Assembly: GCA_012841305.1 (NCBI GenBank) | Contig: DUVA01000048.1 | Location: 1 to 55,671 of the forward strand | Origin: Bacillota bacterium | Lineage (GTDB): Bacteria; Bacillota; SHA-98; UBA4971 | DNA length: 55,671 bases | Reading direction: 5' to 3' | In this document: positions 8,536 through 18,656 of the stretch, one piece after another | How positions within the stretch are numbered: the first letter of the stretch is position 1 | Layout: every line of letters begins with the position of its first letter | The notes under the pieces: model-generated | What the model was told of the DNA's origin: nothing | Seen by the model: the letters and a program-made list of their open reading frames with translations, nothing else | The model's database searches: none | Position numbers and translations under genes: made by a program

Positions 8536-9426
8536 GTGGGCGAGATAAAAATCGGAGATAAGGTGGCGCGGAGATCTTACGGGTCAGACGTAATCTTCGT
8601 GGTCCTAAAGATAGTTACGGCTCGAGTGAAGGTTGCAAGGGTTCTTCTGCGAGGCTTGAATATGAGGCTCATGGCAGACGCCCCCGTTGATGACCTTGTG
8701 ACTATTCGTAATGAAGAGGTGGAATCATCATTTCAGAATCTTCACCAAGAGACACGGCAACTGGTGGAGAAGGTATTTCTAAGGCGCATGGCAGAGGATT
8801 TCAGCATAGATTATCGAGGGCGTGATGACGCAATTCTGCCTTCGGGCATTGATTATCGTCATTTCCCGGGAAAAGTCCTTCATCTTGACGGGGACGGGGA
8901 CTACCTGAAGCATTGCCTGAAGTACTACCAAGAACTTGGCGTGCCTGCTGTAGGATATCATGTCTCGGAAGAGGCACAGCCGTCGAAGGTTGCAGCACTT
9001 TTCAGAGAGCACCTTCCGGACATTTTGGTAATTACAGGCCATGACGGATTTATCGCGCGTGTAGGCGATAAGCTAAACCTGGACAGCTACAGAACATCAA
9101 GGTACTTTGTGGAAGCAGTAAAGAAGGCCCGACAGGTACAGCCTGACAAGGATTCTCTCGTGATCATTGCCGGGGCATGCCAGTCATATTATGAAGCTTT
9201 GATAGATGCGGGAGCAAATTTCGCGAGCTCCCCGCAAAGAATATTCATTCATTGCGCTGACCCGCTACTTGTCGCGGAGAAGATATCCCATACCCCATTT
9301 GATACCATTGTTCATGTGAACCAGGTAGCTGAAAACATAATCAGCGGGCTGAACGGAATCGGCGGCATAGAAACCAGAGGGAAGTTGCGTCTCAGCTTAC
9401 CGAATACAGTGTCAAATCACAAGTGA
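8536..9426 (+). CDS. yabG: Sporulation peptidase YabG
   Basis: GDKVARRSYGSD, PGKVLHLDGD..YL, PDILVITGHD, AGACQS.YE, GANFASSP. Confidence 0.96.
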   Translation: MGEIKIGDKVARRSYGSDVIFVVLKIVTARVKVARVLLRGLNMRLMADAPVDDLVTIRNEEVESSFQNLHQETRQLVEKVFLRRMAEDFSIDYRGRDDAILPSGIDYRHFPGKVLHLDGDGDYLKHCLKYYQELGVPAVGYHVSEEAQPSKVAALFREHLPDILVITGHDGFIARVGDKLNLDSYRTSRYFVEAVKKARQVQPDKDSLVIIAGACQSYYEALIDAGANFASSPQRIFIHCADPLLVAEKISHTPFDTIVHVNQVAENIISGLNGIGGIETRGKLRLSLPNTVSNHK

Positions 9427-9540
9427 CTTGTTTTGTGGAGAAGGCGAGAGAGTTCTTTAGCAATCTTTAGATCGAGAGATGTAGATCACAATTTTTAAGG
9501 GCTATGAGGCTTGTCTACTCAATACATATGAAATACCCTA

Positions 9541-9610
9541 TTGACATGATACCGGCATGTTGTTATACTTATTCCTTTTCCTTGACATAAAACCGGAGGC
9601 GTGCTAGAAT
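9541..9610 (+). promoter_or_regulatory. Tandem SigA promoters of veg
   Basis: TTGACA-N17-TATACT (9541-9569) and TTGACA-N17-TAGAAT (9582-9610), both with extended -10 TG. Confidence 0.8.
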
Positions 9611-9644
9611 TAGTTAGGTATGGCCCGCCGAGGAAGGTGGTAAA

Positions 9645-9920
9645 ATGGCAGGCAGAAATGCCCTCGAAATCATTAAGCGAGATCTTGAGCCATTTGTCGG
9701 TAAGAAGGTCATGGTCAGGGCAAATCAGGGACGCAGGAAGGTCTTTGAAACTGAAGGGATTCTTGAGAACACATACCCCAGACTATTTGTGGTAAAGTTG
9801 TCTGATAAACCGGGATTAGTGAAACGAGTCTCCTATACCTACGCCGATGTTTTGACTGAAACAGTAAAACTGTCTGTTCGGTGTAGGGATGAGGAGAAGA
9901 GAATCGGCTGCGCGGGCTAG
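9645..9920 (+). CDS. veg: Veg family protein
   Basis: ANQGRRK...G.LE.TYP.LFVV...RVSYTYADVLTETV; follows yabG. Confidence 0.96.
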   Translation: MAGRNALEIIKRDLEPFVGKKVMVRANQGRRKVFETEGILENTYPRLFVVKLSDKPGLVKRVSYTYADVLTETVKLSVRCRDEEKRIGCAG

Positions 9921-9946
9921 AACCGGAATAAGTCTTTAATTTGAGT

Positions 9947-9980
9947 AACGGGCAGGGTAGTATTTATGACCTTGCCCGTT
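9947..9980 (+). terminator. Terminator after veg
   Basis: AACGGGCAGGGT/ACCTTGCCCGTT stem. Confidence 0.6.
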
Positions 9981-10225
9981 CTTGTGTACACAGGGCTCTC
10001 TGTGTACACGCAGGTTTTCTTCCCCTTTCTTCTTACTTGAACAGGCCGTAAGGCCCCTAGCTACAGCGTGGGGACATAAGGCGTACAGCTCGACAATTCC
10101 CTCTGATGCAGGTTTCATGAGTCCTCCCACCCTGCTAGACGCTGCATTGGATGATTTTCCCTATTGAAATCTCATGGAGAACTCTCTAACATTAAAAGTA
10201 AGAGGAACCAAGGGGAGGGTTACAC

Positions 10226-11008
10226 ATGAATAGACGAATTACTATGGCAGTGATGATTGCAGCTGCACTTGTGGTAGCGCTTATCATGCCTACTTACGCC
10301 TCTGCAGCTACAACGTACTACTCAAGCTCCGGAAGTTCCGGTTATCAGTATCCTGGCAGCAATTACTACTCAAGCGGTTCAGGATCAACCTATTACTACA
10401 ACAGTAACTCATCAGGGGGATCTACCTACTACTACAGCGGAAGGTCGTACTCGAATTCCGGTAGTAAGACTTATTACTACAACTCAGGCAACACCTGGTA
10501 TTATGGCGGTGGTTCGTACACGCCTTCCAGGCCTACTCCGACCCCAACTCCTCAACCGACTCCCACGCCTGAGCCAAACCCGGAACCCACACCTCAACCG
10601 GAGCCCACTCCTACACCGGGGCTCACCGCTGACGAGCAGAGGATGGTGGATTTGATTAATCAGGAAAGAGCAAAAGCAGGGCTTGCACCTCTCACTGTTG
10701 ACTTGAGGCTGGTTGACCTGGCCCGCAAGAAGAGTCAGGATATGATTACGAACAACTATTTCAGCCACACATCCCCGACTTACGGTGATCCTTTCAAGAT
10801 GATGACCGCAGCAGGGATCAGCTATCGAACTGCAGGTGAGAACTTAGCAGGGGCCAGAACCGTGGATCAAGCGCATTCAGCTCTTATGAATAGCGCAGGG
10901 CACCGTCAGAACATCCTTAGCCCGTCATACAACAAGGTTGGTGTAGGGATCGCTACCGGAGGTCCTTACGGCAGCATGTATACCCAGCTATTCATCGGCA
11001 CATGGTAA
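10226..11008 (+). CDS. Secreted CAP (SCP) domain protein, YkwD-like, with Tyr/Ser/Gly-rich region and PT/PE linker
   Basis: Signal peptide (AxA); LINQERAKAGL.PL, ARKKSQDM...YFSHTSP, GENLA, MNSAGHRQNIL. Confidence 0.92.
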   Translation: MNRRITMAVMIAAALVVALIMPTYASAATTYYSSSGSSGYQYPGSNYYSSGSGSTYYYNSNSSGGSTYYYSGRSYSNSGSKTYYYNSGNTWYYGGGSYTPSRPTPTPTPQPTPTPEPNPEPTPQPEPTPTPGLTADEQRMVDLINQERAKAGLAPLTVDLRLVDLARKKSQDMITNNYFSHTSPTYGDPFKMMTAAGISYRTAGENLAGARTVDQAHSALMNSAGHRQNILSPSYNKVGVGIATGGPYGSMYTQLFIGTW

Positions 11009-11072
11009 ACACTTGGCAAAGCCGTTGATTCCTAGAGGCTGATCGATTACAAACAGATATGCTAAGCCATGG

Positions 11073-11111
11073 GACAGGCCTCCTTGTCCACCAGGGATGA
11101 GGAGGCCTGTC
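11073..11111. terminator. Hairpin between convergent genes
   Basis: GACAGGCCTCCT/AGGAGGCCTGTC perfect 12-bp stem. Confidence 0.7.
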
Positions 11112-11831
11112 TTATGAGCCTTCAAAGAAAGACAAGAGGCCACGGAAAATGGCTTCAGCCAGACGTCCTCTATGAGAAGGAGTGAGAAGCAGTTCCTTCT
11201 CCGCGGGGCTGGAAATGAACCCGACTTCCACAATAACGGCAGGGAGGTTTGCAGCATTTAACACATAATAATCGCCCTCCAGCACAGACTGGCCGCGGAA
11301 AGGGGCGACGTCCTTTATCGCTTGTTGGATACAAGTTGCCAAGCGCTTGCTTTCAGGCTTGTTCTTGCTATAGAAAACAATTGCCCCCGAGGTAGACTTA
11401 GAACCGATTTTATTCACATGTATACTGACAAATACATCTGAATTAGTGCGATGTGCGATATGGATTCGCGCAGCCAAATCCTGCCTGTGCCTGGTTTTCT
11501 CTTCAGGCCACAGAGGGCTCATCTCCCAGTCCCCATGCCTGGTTAAGATAGGGACAGCCCTTGCCCTGGCCAGCAGGTAGCACACATCTCTGGCTATCTC
11601 CAGCACAATGTCTTTCTCAAGAATACCTTCACTGTCGTGGGAGCCGGGGTCAATACCGCCATGCCCTGGGTCGACTGTTATAACTTTGCCTACCATCGCA
11701 GGGTGAAGGGGCGCCAAGGCAGGTATTGTTCTTCCTGTGGTAAGAACAAGCAATAACAGAACTGAGGTTCCAAGAAGGAGACCAATCGTGCCTCTGCCCG
11801 TTGCAACGACTACTAGGATTTTCTTTCTCAT
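11112..11831 (-). CDS. N-acetylmuramoyl-L-alanine amidase (Amidase_3, CwlD-like)
   Basis: VDPGHGGIDPG, EKDIVL, FVSIHVN, AVIVEVGFIS; N-terminal TM. Confidence 0.9.
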   Translation of the reverse strand: MRKKILVVVATGRGTIGLLLGTSVLLLLVLTTGRTIPALAPLHPAMVGKVITVDPGHGGIDPGSHDSEGILEKDIVLEIARDVCYLLARARAVPILTRHGDWEMSPLWPEEKTRHRQDLAARIHIAHRTNSDVFVSIHVNKIGSKSTSGAIVFYSKNKPESKRLATCIQQAIKDVAPFRGQSVLEGDYYVLNAANLPAVIVEVGFISSPAEKELLLTPSHRGRLAEAIFRGLLSFFEGS

Positions 11832-11962
11832 GCAGGCACCTCCTACAGAGAACTATATTCTGATGAACCCTCGTTAATCCCTGAAGGATCGGACAGGACA
11901 ACAGGCGTGACGCCAGGAAGATACTTGCCCGCATGCAGTGGGCTCAAGGTCTTCTTAGAACA

Positions 11963-12014
11963 GCAAAAGAAGCTGTCCCTTCATAGGCAAAAGAAGCTGT
12001 GCGTTCATAAGATA
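11963..12014 (+). promoter_or_regulatory. 24-bp direct duplication containing a SigK-like promoter
   Basis: GCAAAAGAAGCTGTCCCTTCATAG then GCAAAAGAAGCTGTGCGTTCATAA; GCA-N16-CATAAGATA. Confidence 0.5.
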
Positions 12015-12069
12015 GTGTAAGATCCTACGCTTGCCTTCTAAGTTTGTGATATTCGAGGGGGATAAGCTT

Positions 12070-14043
12070 ATGGCATATGCATCTCATAGGTGTTGTTCTG
12101 ATGTAACTCATAGATCCTGTTCCGAGATGACTCTTACGTTGCCTATTCCGGCAATCAAGATAAAGGAGATCCGTGCTCACGTTGACAGCGTTACGACACA
12201 TGTAATTCCAGGTAAGGTGATAGTCCAAGGGACGCTTCAGAAGCAAGTGTTCTTTGTAGGGGAAGACAACATTGTCCATCACTTCCCTGAACAAGCGCGT
12301 TTCTCGGCTTTGATTGAGATACCCGCGGTTGTGCCGGGCCCTGAGGTGGTGGTGCAGGCTCATCCTAGGGTATTCAATATTATTGCTACCTTGAGCCCTG
12401 ACGGCACTCAAATAACGCAAAAGGTCATTATCGATGTGGACGTGACCGTCACCCAGTTTGCTCAGGTGCCCCTTGAGGAAGACCCTGAGGGGCCCAGTGT
12501 CCTGACAGAAGAAGTGATAGGAGAAGACACAGGCCAGATTCTTGAATCAGGGACTGTGACTTTGGTTACGCCTGCAGTCAAGGTAACTGACATCCGCGTA
12601 AATCCTGAGATTACTCAGGTTACGGTAAAAGAAGACAAAGTAGTGGTCCAAGGGAATATTCTAAAACAGATCTTCTTCATTGATCTTGATCAGGTAGGCC
12701 GCCATCAAGCTGTCGTGGTACCGTTCGCGATAATGATAGATATCCCCGGCGCACAGCCGGGCATGAATGTCCAGGCGCGTGCTACTGTAGCAGACGTGAA
12801 TTTCACCTTGGATCCGACAGGCGCTTTTGTCAGTCAGGAAGTGGTCCTTGACGTATTCGCAAAGGTCACTCAGACCGTTGAGGTATCACTGGCGTTAGGC
12901 GACGACTTGACTATCAAGACTGAGCAGGTAATTGCCTCTGCTTCAACTCAGATAATGGAAGAAGTCACTGTTGTTTTGGCGCAACCCGCCATCAAGATCA
13001 AGGACATAGAGCTGGTTGTACAGGATGCCAGAGGCCGTACAATTGCAGATAAAGTCATCATACAGGGCGTCTTCGTAAAAGACGTGTATTACATTAACGA
13101 AGACGATGTGGAGGTCCTGGAGTCCTTCACTATTCCCTTCAGCACTTTCATACCGGCACCAGGGGTTACGCCCGGGCTTAACGTTTTTGTCCTCGCACAG
13201 GCTTTACCGGTAGTATTTGATCCTTCGCAGACCGGAACGGAGATAACAGAGAAGGATCTTGCAGAGATTGAGGCCATCATTACAGAGACAGTGAAAATCG
13301 AAGTTGAAGAGGATCCCACCGGTACCCTGTTCAAGGTCCAGAAAGTGATCGGAGAAGGTACAGCACAGGTTTGCGCTGAAGGAATACCCGTGCCTGTGCT
13401 TCCCATTACCATAGAATTTGAAAGAATACGTGTGGGAGAGGCGGTAGAGGCTGAGAAGCAGCTGCTCGTAGAGAACTCAATTTGCCTGCCGTTCATCGCC
13501 AAAAAGATCAAGTCAGTAGAATCCACGGTTCAGAATGTGACCTTTGAGATCGTTGGGGAGCAGGTTCTTGTTGAAGGTGAAGTCAAAAAGGACGTATTTG
13601 TGGTCGGGCTTGATAACATAGTCCACCATATCCAAGAGATCGTCCCATTCAGCGGGTTTGTCGATGTGCCCGGAATTGTGGAAGGCGCAACAGTTACTGT
13701 GGATGTAGTAGTGGAGAGCCTTGTTCAGAACCTCATCTGTGGGGGAAGCAAGATTCAGCAACTGATAGTCTTACTTGTTACTGTCACATCAGCCGAAGAG
13801 AGAATCGTTCAAGTGGTGGTAAACGTGACAGGCCCCGGTGTTTTCCAAACCAAGACAAAGGTCCTTGTCGATGTTGTCGATGATGGTAACCCGAACCCTG
13901 TGCCGCTTGATGTGGTTACAGATCTTACCGGGCCCAACGTAGACACAGTTACGAAAGAGACGCTTCTCCTCGTAGTAATTGTGAACGGGACTGTTGGCCC
14001 TGTGCCTGTGTCTGTAGTAACGAACGCTACATTTAAGATTTAG
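12070..14043 (+). CDS. DUF3794/SPOCS spore coat protein, four repeats
   Basis: Four 'A.KI...KVIVQG.L.KQ.F...PF...I..PG' repeats; Val-rich; RBS GAGGGGG before ATG 12070. Confidence 0.88.
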   Translation: MAYASHRCCSDVTHRSCSEMTLTLPIPAIKIKEIRAHVDSVTTHVIPGKVIVQGTLQKQVFFVGEDNIVHHFPEQARFSALIEIPAVVPGPEVVVQAHPRVFNIIATLSPDGTQITQKVIIDVDVTVTQFAQVPLEEDPEGPSVLTEEVIGEDTGQILESGTVTLVTPAVKVTDIRVNPEITQVTVKEDKVVVQGNILKQIFFIDLDQVGRHQAVVVPFAIMIDIPGAQPGMNVQARATVADVNFTLDPTGAFVSQEVVLDVFAKVTQTVEVSLALGDDLTIKTEQVIASASTQIMEEVTVVLAQPAIKIKDIELVVQDARGRTIADKVIIQGVFVKDVYYINEDDVEVLESFTIPFSTFIPAPGVTPGLNVFVLAQALPVVFDPSQTGTEITEKDLAEIEAIITETVKIEVEEDPTGTLFKVQKVIGEGTAQVCAEGIPVPVLPITIEFERIRVGEAVEAEKQLLVENSICLPFIAKKIKSVESTVQNVTFEIVGEQVLVEGEVKKDVFVVGLDNIVHHIQEIVPFSGFVDVPGIVEGATVTVDVVVESLVQNLICGGSKIQQLIVLLVTVTSAEERIVQVVVNVTGPGVFQTKTKVLVDVVDDGNPNPVPLDVVTDLTGPNVDTVTKETLLLVVIVNGTVGPVPVSVVTNATFKI

Positions 14044-14123
14044 TCTGGGCTTTAGCGCATCACATTTTTAGGTAGATTTCAATACGATATAGGGAAGAAA
14101 GGCTCAGAGGGGGACTGACCGAT

Positions 14124-16202
14124 ATGTTCATAGGGCTATGGCAATCAGGCGTAATTGTGGCTGCTATTGCCCTTGTCCTCCTGGGACTTTTGCTGATACC
14201 GCGTCGCAGGCGCATGGTTGAAACACTTCTTGGCGTCGATTATCCTGATGATGACAATGGCCTAGAACTATCATTAGGGCACAGCAATCCTCAGCCGGCA
14301 TTAGCACAACATATAGGTGAAGTAGCTTTTGCGGTTGACTGCGACCTTTTGGAGGACGGCGGAGGGGCGGAGGTCAACCAAGAGACAGTATGCTCCGAAG
14401 CTGTCCAGGCCAAAAGGAATCTCATGCTGCGTGCCCCTGGTTCGTGGCATGCCGGAAATGCCACACCTGCACCCACATGCACTTCTGAACCGGCGATCAC
14501 AATCACATTCCAACCTTCTTCAAGCGAAATTCACATGGATCTGCCCAGCGAAATAACTCTCAGGGCGGAATCTTTCGATAGTCTAGGCCAGATTATGTGC
14601 TGTCAGAGTGAATCTAACTTTTTGCCGGAAGCTCCCTGTACTTCGTCAGAAGATCATGACGACGCCAGGTTAGGGTTTCTGTATCCTATCTCTCATGATC
14701 GGGAAGAGGATGCAGAGGAACAAGAACATGTACCTGTCCAACATCAGTCTCAGGCGACAGAGGGCCCAAGGGAGGCGCGACCCGTATTTCTTAATCGTTT
14801 GATGGAAAGCCCATTCAGGCTTAGGGAAGGAGGCTCGCATATGCTGAATATCGAGAAGTACAGTCAGGTTCAAACAGCGTGTCTTAAGGTGGAAAGGGTT
14901 GTAGGCCATGGTTCAAAGCAGGTCCTTTTGGAGGAGACAAACACTATACCCGGGATCAAGATAGTGGAAATCATTCCTACGCTCATCAATATTCGTTCCA
15001 TAGTAAAGGACGGCAAAGTCATTATCCAAGGCACTGTCCACAAGCAGATATTCTACATTGGTACTGACGAACTGGAACATCACCTTGCAGAGGATATGGA
15101 TTTCAGTGAGCTTGTTGATATCGAGCCGTTGAATCCTATGTGTCCGGTGCGAGAAGGCATGAATCAGCAGGACTTCTCTGTAATTGAGAACAGCGTGTTT
15201 GAGTTTGACCCGGATACCGGCGCTTTGACGCAGAAGATCATCCTTAGATTGTGTGTGAAGGTAACTGAAACAGAACAACTTGAGGTGGGGGTTGGTTGTC
15301 AGGGCACGCTGATCAAGGCTGCTGTTGTAGTCGGTGAAGGCACAAAGCAGAAGTTCATTGAGGAGACGAAAGTCATTCCTGCAATTAAGGTCATTGAAAT
15401 CGTCCCACGAATATCTCAGATCAGGCACACAGTCAAGAACGGAAAAGTCCTGGTCCAAGGTATCGTTCATAAGCAGATATTCTACGTAGGTACAGACGAC
15501 CTAGTTCATCACCTGGCAGAAGACATTCCATTCAGTGATCTTGTGATAGTGCCATACGCATGTGAGGGAATGAACTCTCAAGACCATTCCTTCGTAGATA
15601 ACCTTGTGTTTGAATTCGACCCTGCTACCGGTGCTCTCACTCAAAAGATTATCCTTGCCCTGTCCGTGAAGGTTACGGAGACATGCGGGGTGCCGGTGAT
15701 TGAAGGAACCGCGGGAACGCTTATCAGCGCTAACCAAATCATTGGGATGGGATGCGCCGAGAAGCTGGTTGAGGAGACAAAGACCCTGACAGCCATTAAA
15801 ATCGTAGATATCGATGCCAGGATCAGTGAAATAACGTCCATAGTCAAGAACGGCAAAGTCATAGTGCAAGGGACTGTCCACAAGCAGATATTCTATGTCG
15901 GTACAGACGACCTTGTCCATCATCTTGCAGAGGATCTGCCTTTTAGCGAAATGATAGAGATACCCCCGATAAATCCGGAATTCCCTGTGGAGGAAGGCAT
16001 GGATCAACAGGATCACTCATTTATTGAGAATATCGTATGGGAATTCGACCCTGCCACAGGCGAGCTTACGGAGAAGGTTATCATCGGCATACAGGTAGTA
16101 GTGACGAATCATATTCAAATACCGGTAGTGGTCATTGGCGGCTGTCCCGGCAACGACCTTTGGCCGATCAAGGAGGGTTGTCCAGCCGATACCGTCAAGT
16201 AA
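14124..16202 (+). CDS. DUF3794/SPOCS protein, three repeats, with N-terminal TM and disordered extension; alternative start at 14841
   Basis: Three near-identical KVI.QGTVHKQIFY.GTD.L.HHLAED repeats; RBS before both 14124 and 14841. Confidence 0.85.
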   Translation: MFIGLWQSGVIVAAIALVLLGLLLIPRRRRMVETLLGVDYPDDDNGLELSLGHSNPQPALAQHIGEVAFAVDCDLLEDGGGAEVNQETVCSEAVQAKRNLMLRAPGSWHAGNATPAPTCTSEPAITITFQPSSSEIHMDLPSEITLRAESFDSLGQIMCCQSESNFLPEAPCTSSEDHDDARLGFLYPISHDREEDAEEQEHVPVQHQSQATEGPREARPVFLNRLMESPFRLREGGSHMLNIEKYSQVQTACLKVERVVGHGSKQVLLEETNTIPGIKIVEIIPTLINIRSIVKDGKVIIQGTVHKQIFYIGTDELEHHLAEDMDFSELVDIEPLNPMCPVREGMNQQDFSVIENSVFEFDPDTGALTQKIILRLCVKVTETEQLEVGVGCQGTLIKAAVVVGEGTKQKFIEETKVIPAIKVIEIVPRISQIRHTVKNGKVLVQGIVHKQIFYVGTDDLVHHLAEDIPFSDLVIVPYACEGMNSQDHSFVDNLVFEFDPATGALTQKIILALSVKVTETCGVPVIEGTAGTLISANQIIGMGCAEKLVEETKTLTAIKIVDIDARISEITSIVKNGKVIVQGTVHKQIFYVGTDDLVHHLAEDLPFSEMIEIPPINPEFPVEEGMDQQDHSFIENIVWEFDPATGELTEKVIIGIQVVVTNHIQIPVVVIGGCPGNDLWPIKEGCPADTVK

Positions 16203-16254
16203 GCACATGAGGCTTCGTCCTGGATGACTCCTTAGTACTGGTGCCAGCCTACAG

Positions 16255-16287
16255 GGGGATTGCCGGTGATTTCATCCGGCAGTCCCC
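16255..16287 (+). terminator. Hairpin terminator
   Basis: GGGGATTGCCGG/CCGGCAGTCCCC. Confidence 0.6.
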
Positions 16288-16324
16288 GAATTAATGCCCT
16301 CCTTTTCTCCTCGGACACCAATTC

Positions 16325-16978
16325 ATGACAGAATACCGGAAAACTCCTGTGAATAGGGATTCAGTACAGTGGGCCATACATACTTTGCGGCAGCCGGATA
16401 GGAGAAGAGAGGTGCACATTTTGGGCTGTCTTACAATAGAGAGCCGAGAAGTGCAGATCGAACAAGTCATAACTCGTTTCACTCATAGTGCATCCATAAG
16501 AGCTTCACATGTAGTAGAAGATCTATCCAGGCAACAACCCTTCGGGATTACCATCGACTTACTATCTCTGTCATGGGAAATCCTAGATGGCTCTGCCATT
16601 GCCTCTTTGGATCTTTCAATATGGGTCTACTTACCGTGTGATGGTGAAATTCAGGCAGTGTCCTTGATTCATAAGATGCGAACACTTATAAGAATCCCGG
16701 AAATCAGCTCTTCCATGCGCATAGAGGCCAAATTTCGTGTTGAAGACATTGAAGTGGCTCCTGATGAAATAGACGGTGAAATGGTTATTGAAGCTGTCGC
16801 TTTCATTGAAGGGCTTGTCCTTGAGAAGCGTATTCTCCACGTTGTGACCGGGGTTATGTTGGAACGAGATACTTGCCGGGTCTCAGAGGACGAAGGATTT
16901 CCAGCCCGATTTCGCTTCCTGGCCACCATAGGCAACCTGTTCAACCAGATCGCGGGTGTCCTCCGAAGGAATCGTTAG
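16325..16978 (+). CDS. Hypothetical protein, possibly one divergent SPOCS-like domain
   Basis: 217-aa ORF inside the coat cluster; beta-strand pattern and 'LHVVTGV' ending like SPOCS linkers; start uncertain. Confidence 0.5.
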   Translation: MTEYRKTPVNRDSVQWAIHTLRQPDRRREVHILGCLTIESREVQIEQVITRFTHSASIRASHVVEDLSRQQPFGITIDLLSLSWEILDGSAIASLDLSIWVYLPCDGEIQAVSLIHKMRTLIRIPEISSSMRIEAKFRVEDIEVAPDEIDGEMVIEAVAFIEGLVLEKRILHVVTGVMLERDTCRVSEDEGFPARFRFLATIGNLFNQIAGVLRRNR

Positions 16979-17092
16979 CTTGCCGTGGGTGACAATGACG
17001 AAAACGTCACAAACCTGTTGGCCCAGGCATACAATAAATTCGCAAGGTACGGGAATCTGTCTTCATTCACCTGCATGGAGGACGTTCTTGCC

Positions 17093-18487
17093 ATGGCATC
17101 ATCTCAAAGGGAGATCCTTTGGAAAAGAACCCTGAGACCCGATATGAAAGGCCAGGATGTGGCAGCGCTTCAACGACGTTTGGCTGAGCTCCGTTACTAT
17201 ACAGGGGCATGTGACGGAGTGTATGGCCTTCTTACAAAGGGCGCTGTATTTGACTTTCAGAAAGCCCACAGGTTAAGGGTTGACGGTATTGCAGGCAAGG
17301 AAGTCTTCAGTCTTCTTAAGTCGGGGCTTGAGCGAGAAAAGATTGAGCACATAGTTACGAAAGGCGAGACCCTTGCCGGCATTGCCGGTAAACATAAAGT
17401 CCCTCAAGAATTGCTTGTCACGGCAAATTCCTTAAGGACGGAGAAAGTTGAAGAAGGCGACAGTCTGATGATTCCTGTATTGCGCCTTTTCGGATTCTGC
17501 TCCCCTCCGGTTCCCGGAGAGCCCGTATGTTCCCACGAATACGTGTTACCATTCCTTACGGCAATTGCGCCTCGATGGTTCTTTGTTGATGAGCATGGGG
17601 ATATTCAAGGCGCGCCCGACAGGAGGCTTGCTGCTTTGGCACAGATGACAGGTGTAGAGCTATGGCCTGTAGTAAGTATCGCAAGACCCGGACCCCGCGA
17701 GGAAGGAGTCGAGATCCGAGACCCTCTTGATAACGTGCTCTCAGACAGCTTAGCTTATTCCAAGGCAATAAAAGGTTTATCGGCTCTTGCGACTCGAATG
17801 CGAACTAAAGGATTCATCATTTCTGCAGGAACTATTCATGAAAAAGACGTCTATGCATTTCAATCCTTCCTCCGCAAGATTCGGAACGCCCTCAAGCAAG
17901 AGGGGCTTATGCTGGCAGTTGAAGTTCCTTTGCCTGAGGATGCCGTATCCTGTCAGGGACAGGATCGTAGAAAAGGCATACAGGATTTAGAGGGTATTGC
18001 GTCCGTTGTTCACCTGGTCTTTCTCAAGGCGTATAAAGATCCGTGGGAGTTTACATCTCCCGAACCCATAGTATCTATTAACCGTTGCAGAACTGCATTG
18101 AAAAGCCTTGCCCGAGCACTGGATTTCTGGAAAACGATAGTTGTCATGCCTGCTTTCGGTGTCGACTTCTCTTCAGGCCTTGGCACAACTCCCCTTCGAA
18201 AGAGGCATCGGGAGATCATGGAGATAATGGAGCTCTTCAAACCTACGGTGTCACAGCCTGACGGGGAAAAGTCTAAAGTTTTCAGGTACAGATCATTTCG
18301 TGTCAGTCATACTGTGTATTTCGAGGATGCAGAGAGCATTGGCACCTATGCAGATCTGGCGCAAAGATATGGCGTAGCCGGCATTGCCATTGCCGATTTG
18401 GAGGATGTGGATCCATGGGTTTGGTCTACGCTCAAGGCCAGGTTCAAGGTGGTAAAGGATGGAGGTGGGGATCGGGGTTTCAAGTAG
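17093..18487 (+). CDS. PG-binding + LysM + degenerate GH18 (YaaH/SleL-like) protein
   Basis: GQDVAALQRRL..DG.YG; HIVTKGETL LysM; VYFEDAES...YGVAGIA GH18 C-terminus; DxDxE motif absent. Confidence 0.8.
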   Translation: MASSQREILWKRTLRPDMKGQDVAALQRRLAELRYYTGACDGVYGLLTKGAVFDFQKAHRLRVDGIAGKEVFSLLKSGLEREKIEHIVTKGETLAGIAGKHKVPQELLVTANSLRTEKVEEGDSLMIPVLRLFGFCSPPVPGEPVCSHEYVLPFLTAIAPRWFFVDEHGDIQGAPDRRLAALAQMTGVELWPVVSIARPGPREEGVEIRDPLDNVLSDSLAYSKAIKGLSALATRMRTKGFIISAGTIHEKDVYAFQSFLRKIRNALKQEGLMLAVEVPLPEDAVSCQGQDRRKGIQDLEGIASVVHLVFLKAYKDPWEFTSPEPIVSINRCRTALKSLARALDFWKTIVVMPAFGVDFSSGLGTTPLRKRHREIMEIMELFKPTVSQPDGEKSKVFRYRSFRVSHTVYFEDAESIGTYADLAQRYGVAGIAIADLEDVDPWVWSTLKARFKVVKDGGGDRGFK

Positions 18488-18570
18488 ATGCGCTTGGTAT
18501 ATACGGGTCATGTGTCTAGTTCTTGGGCTTTCGCCGTGCGTAAGGCGTAATCTTGTATTTAGAAATATAT

Positions 18571-18601
18571 GCACATTTCGGTAAGTTGCCCGCATATAGT
18601 A
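18571..18601 (+). promoter_or_regulatory. SigK/SigE-like mother-cell promoter
   Basis: GCACA-N17-CATATAGTA. Confidence 0.45.
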
Positions 18602-18656
18602 GAAATGAAAAAGAAGTGTACGGCTCCATGTGTGTAATGGGAAAGGAGGAAAAGAG

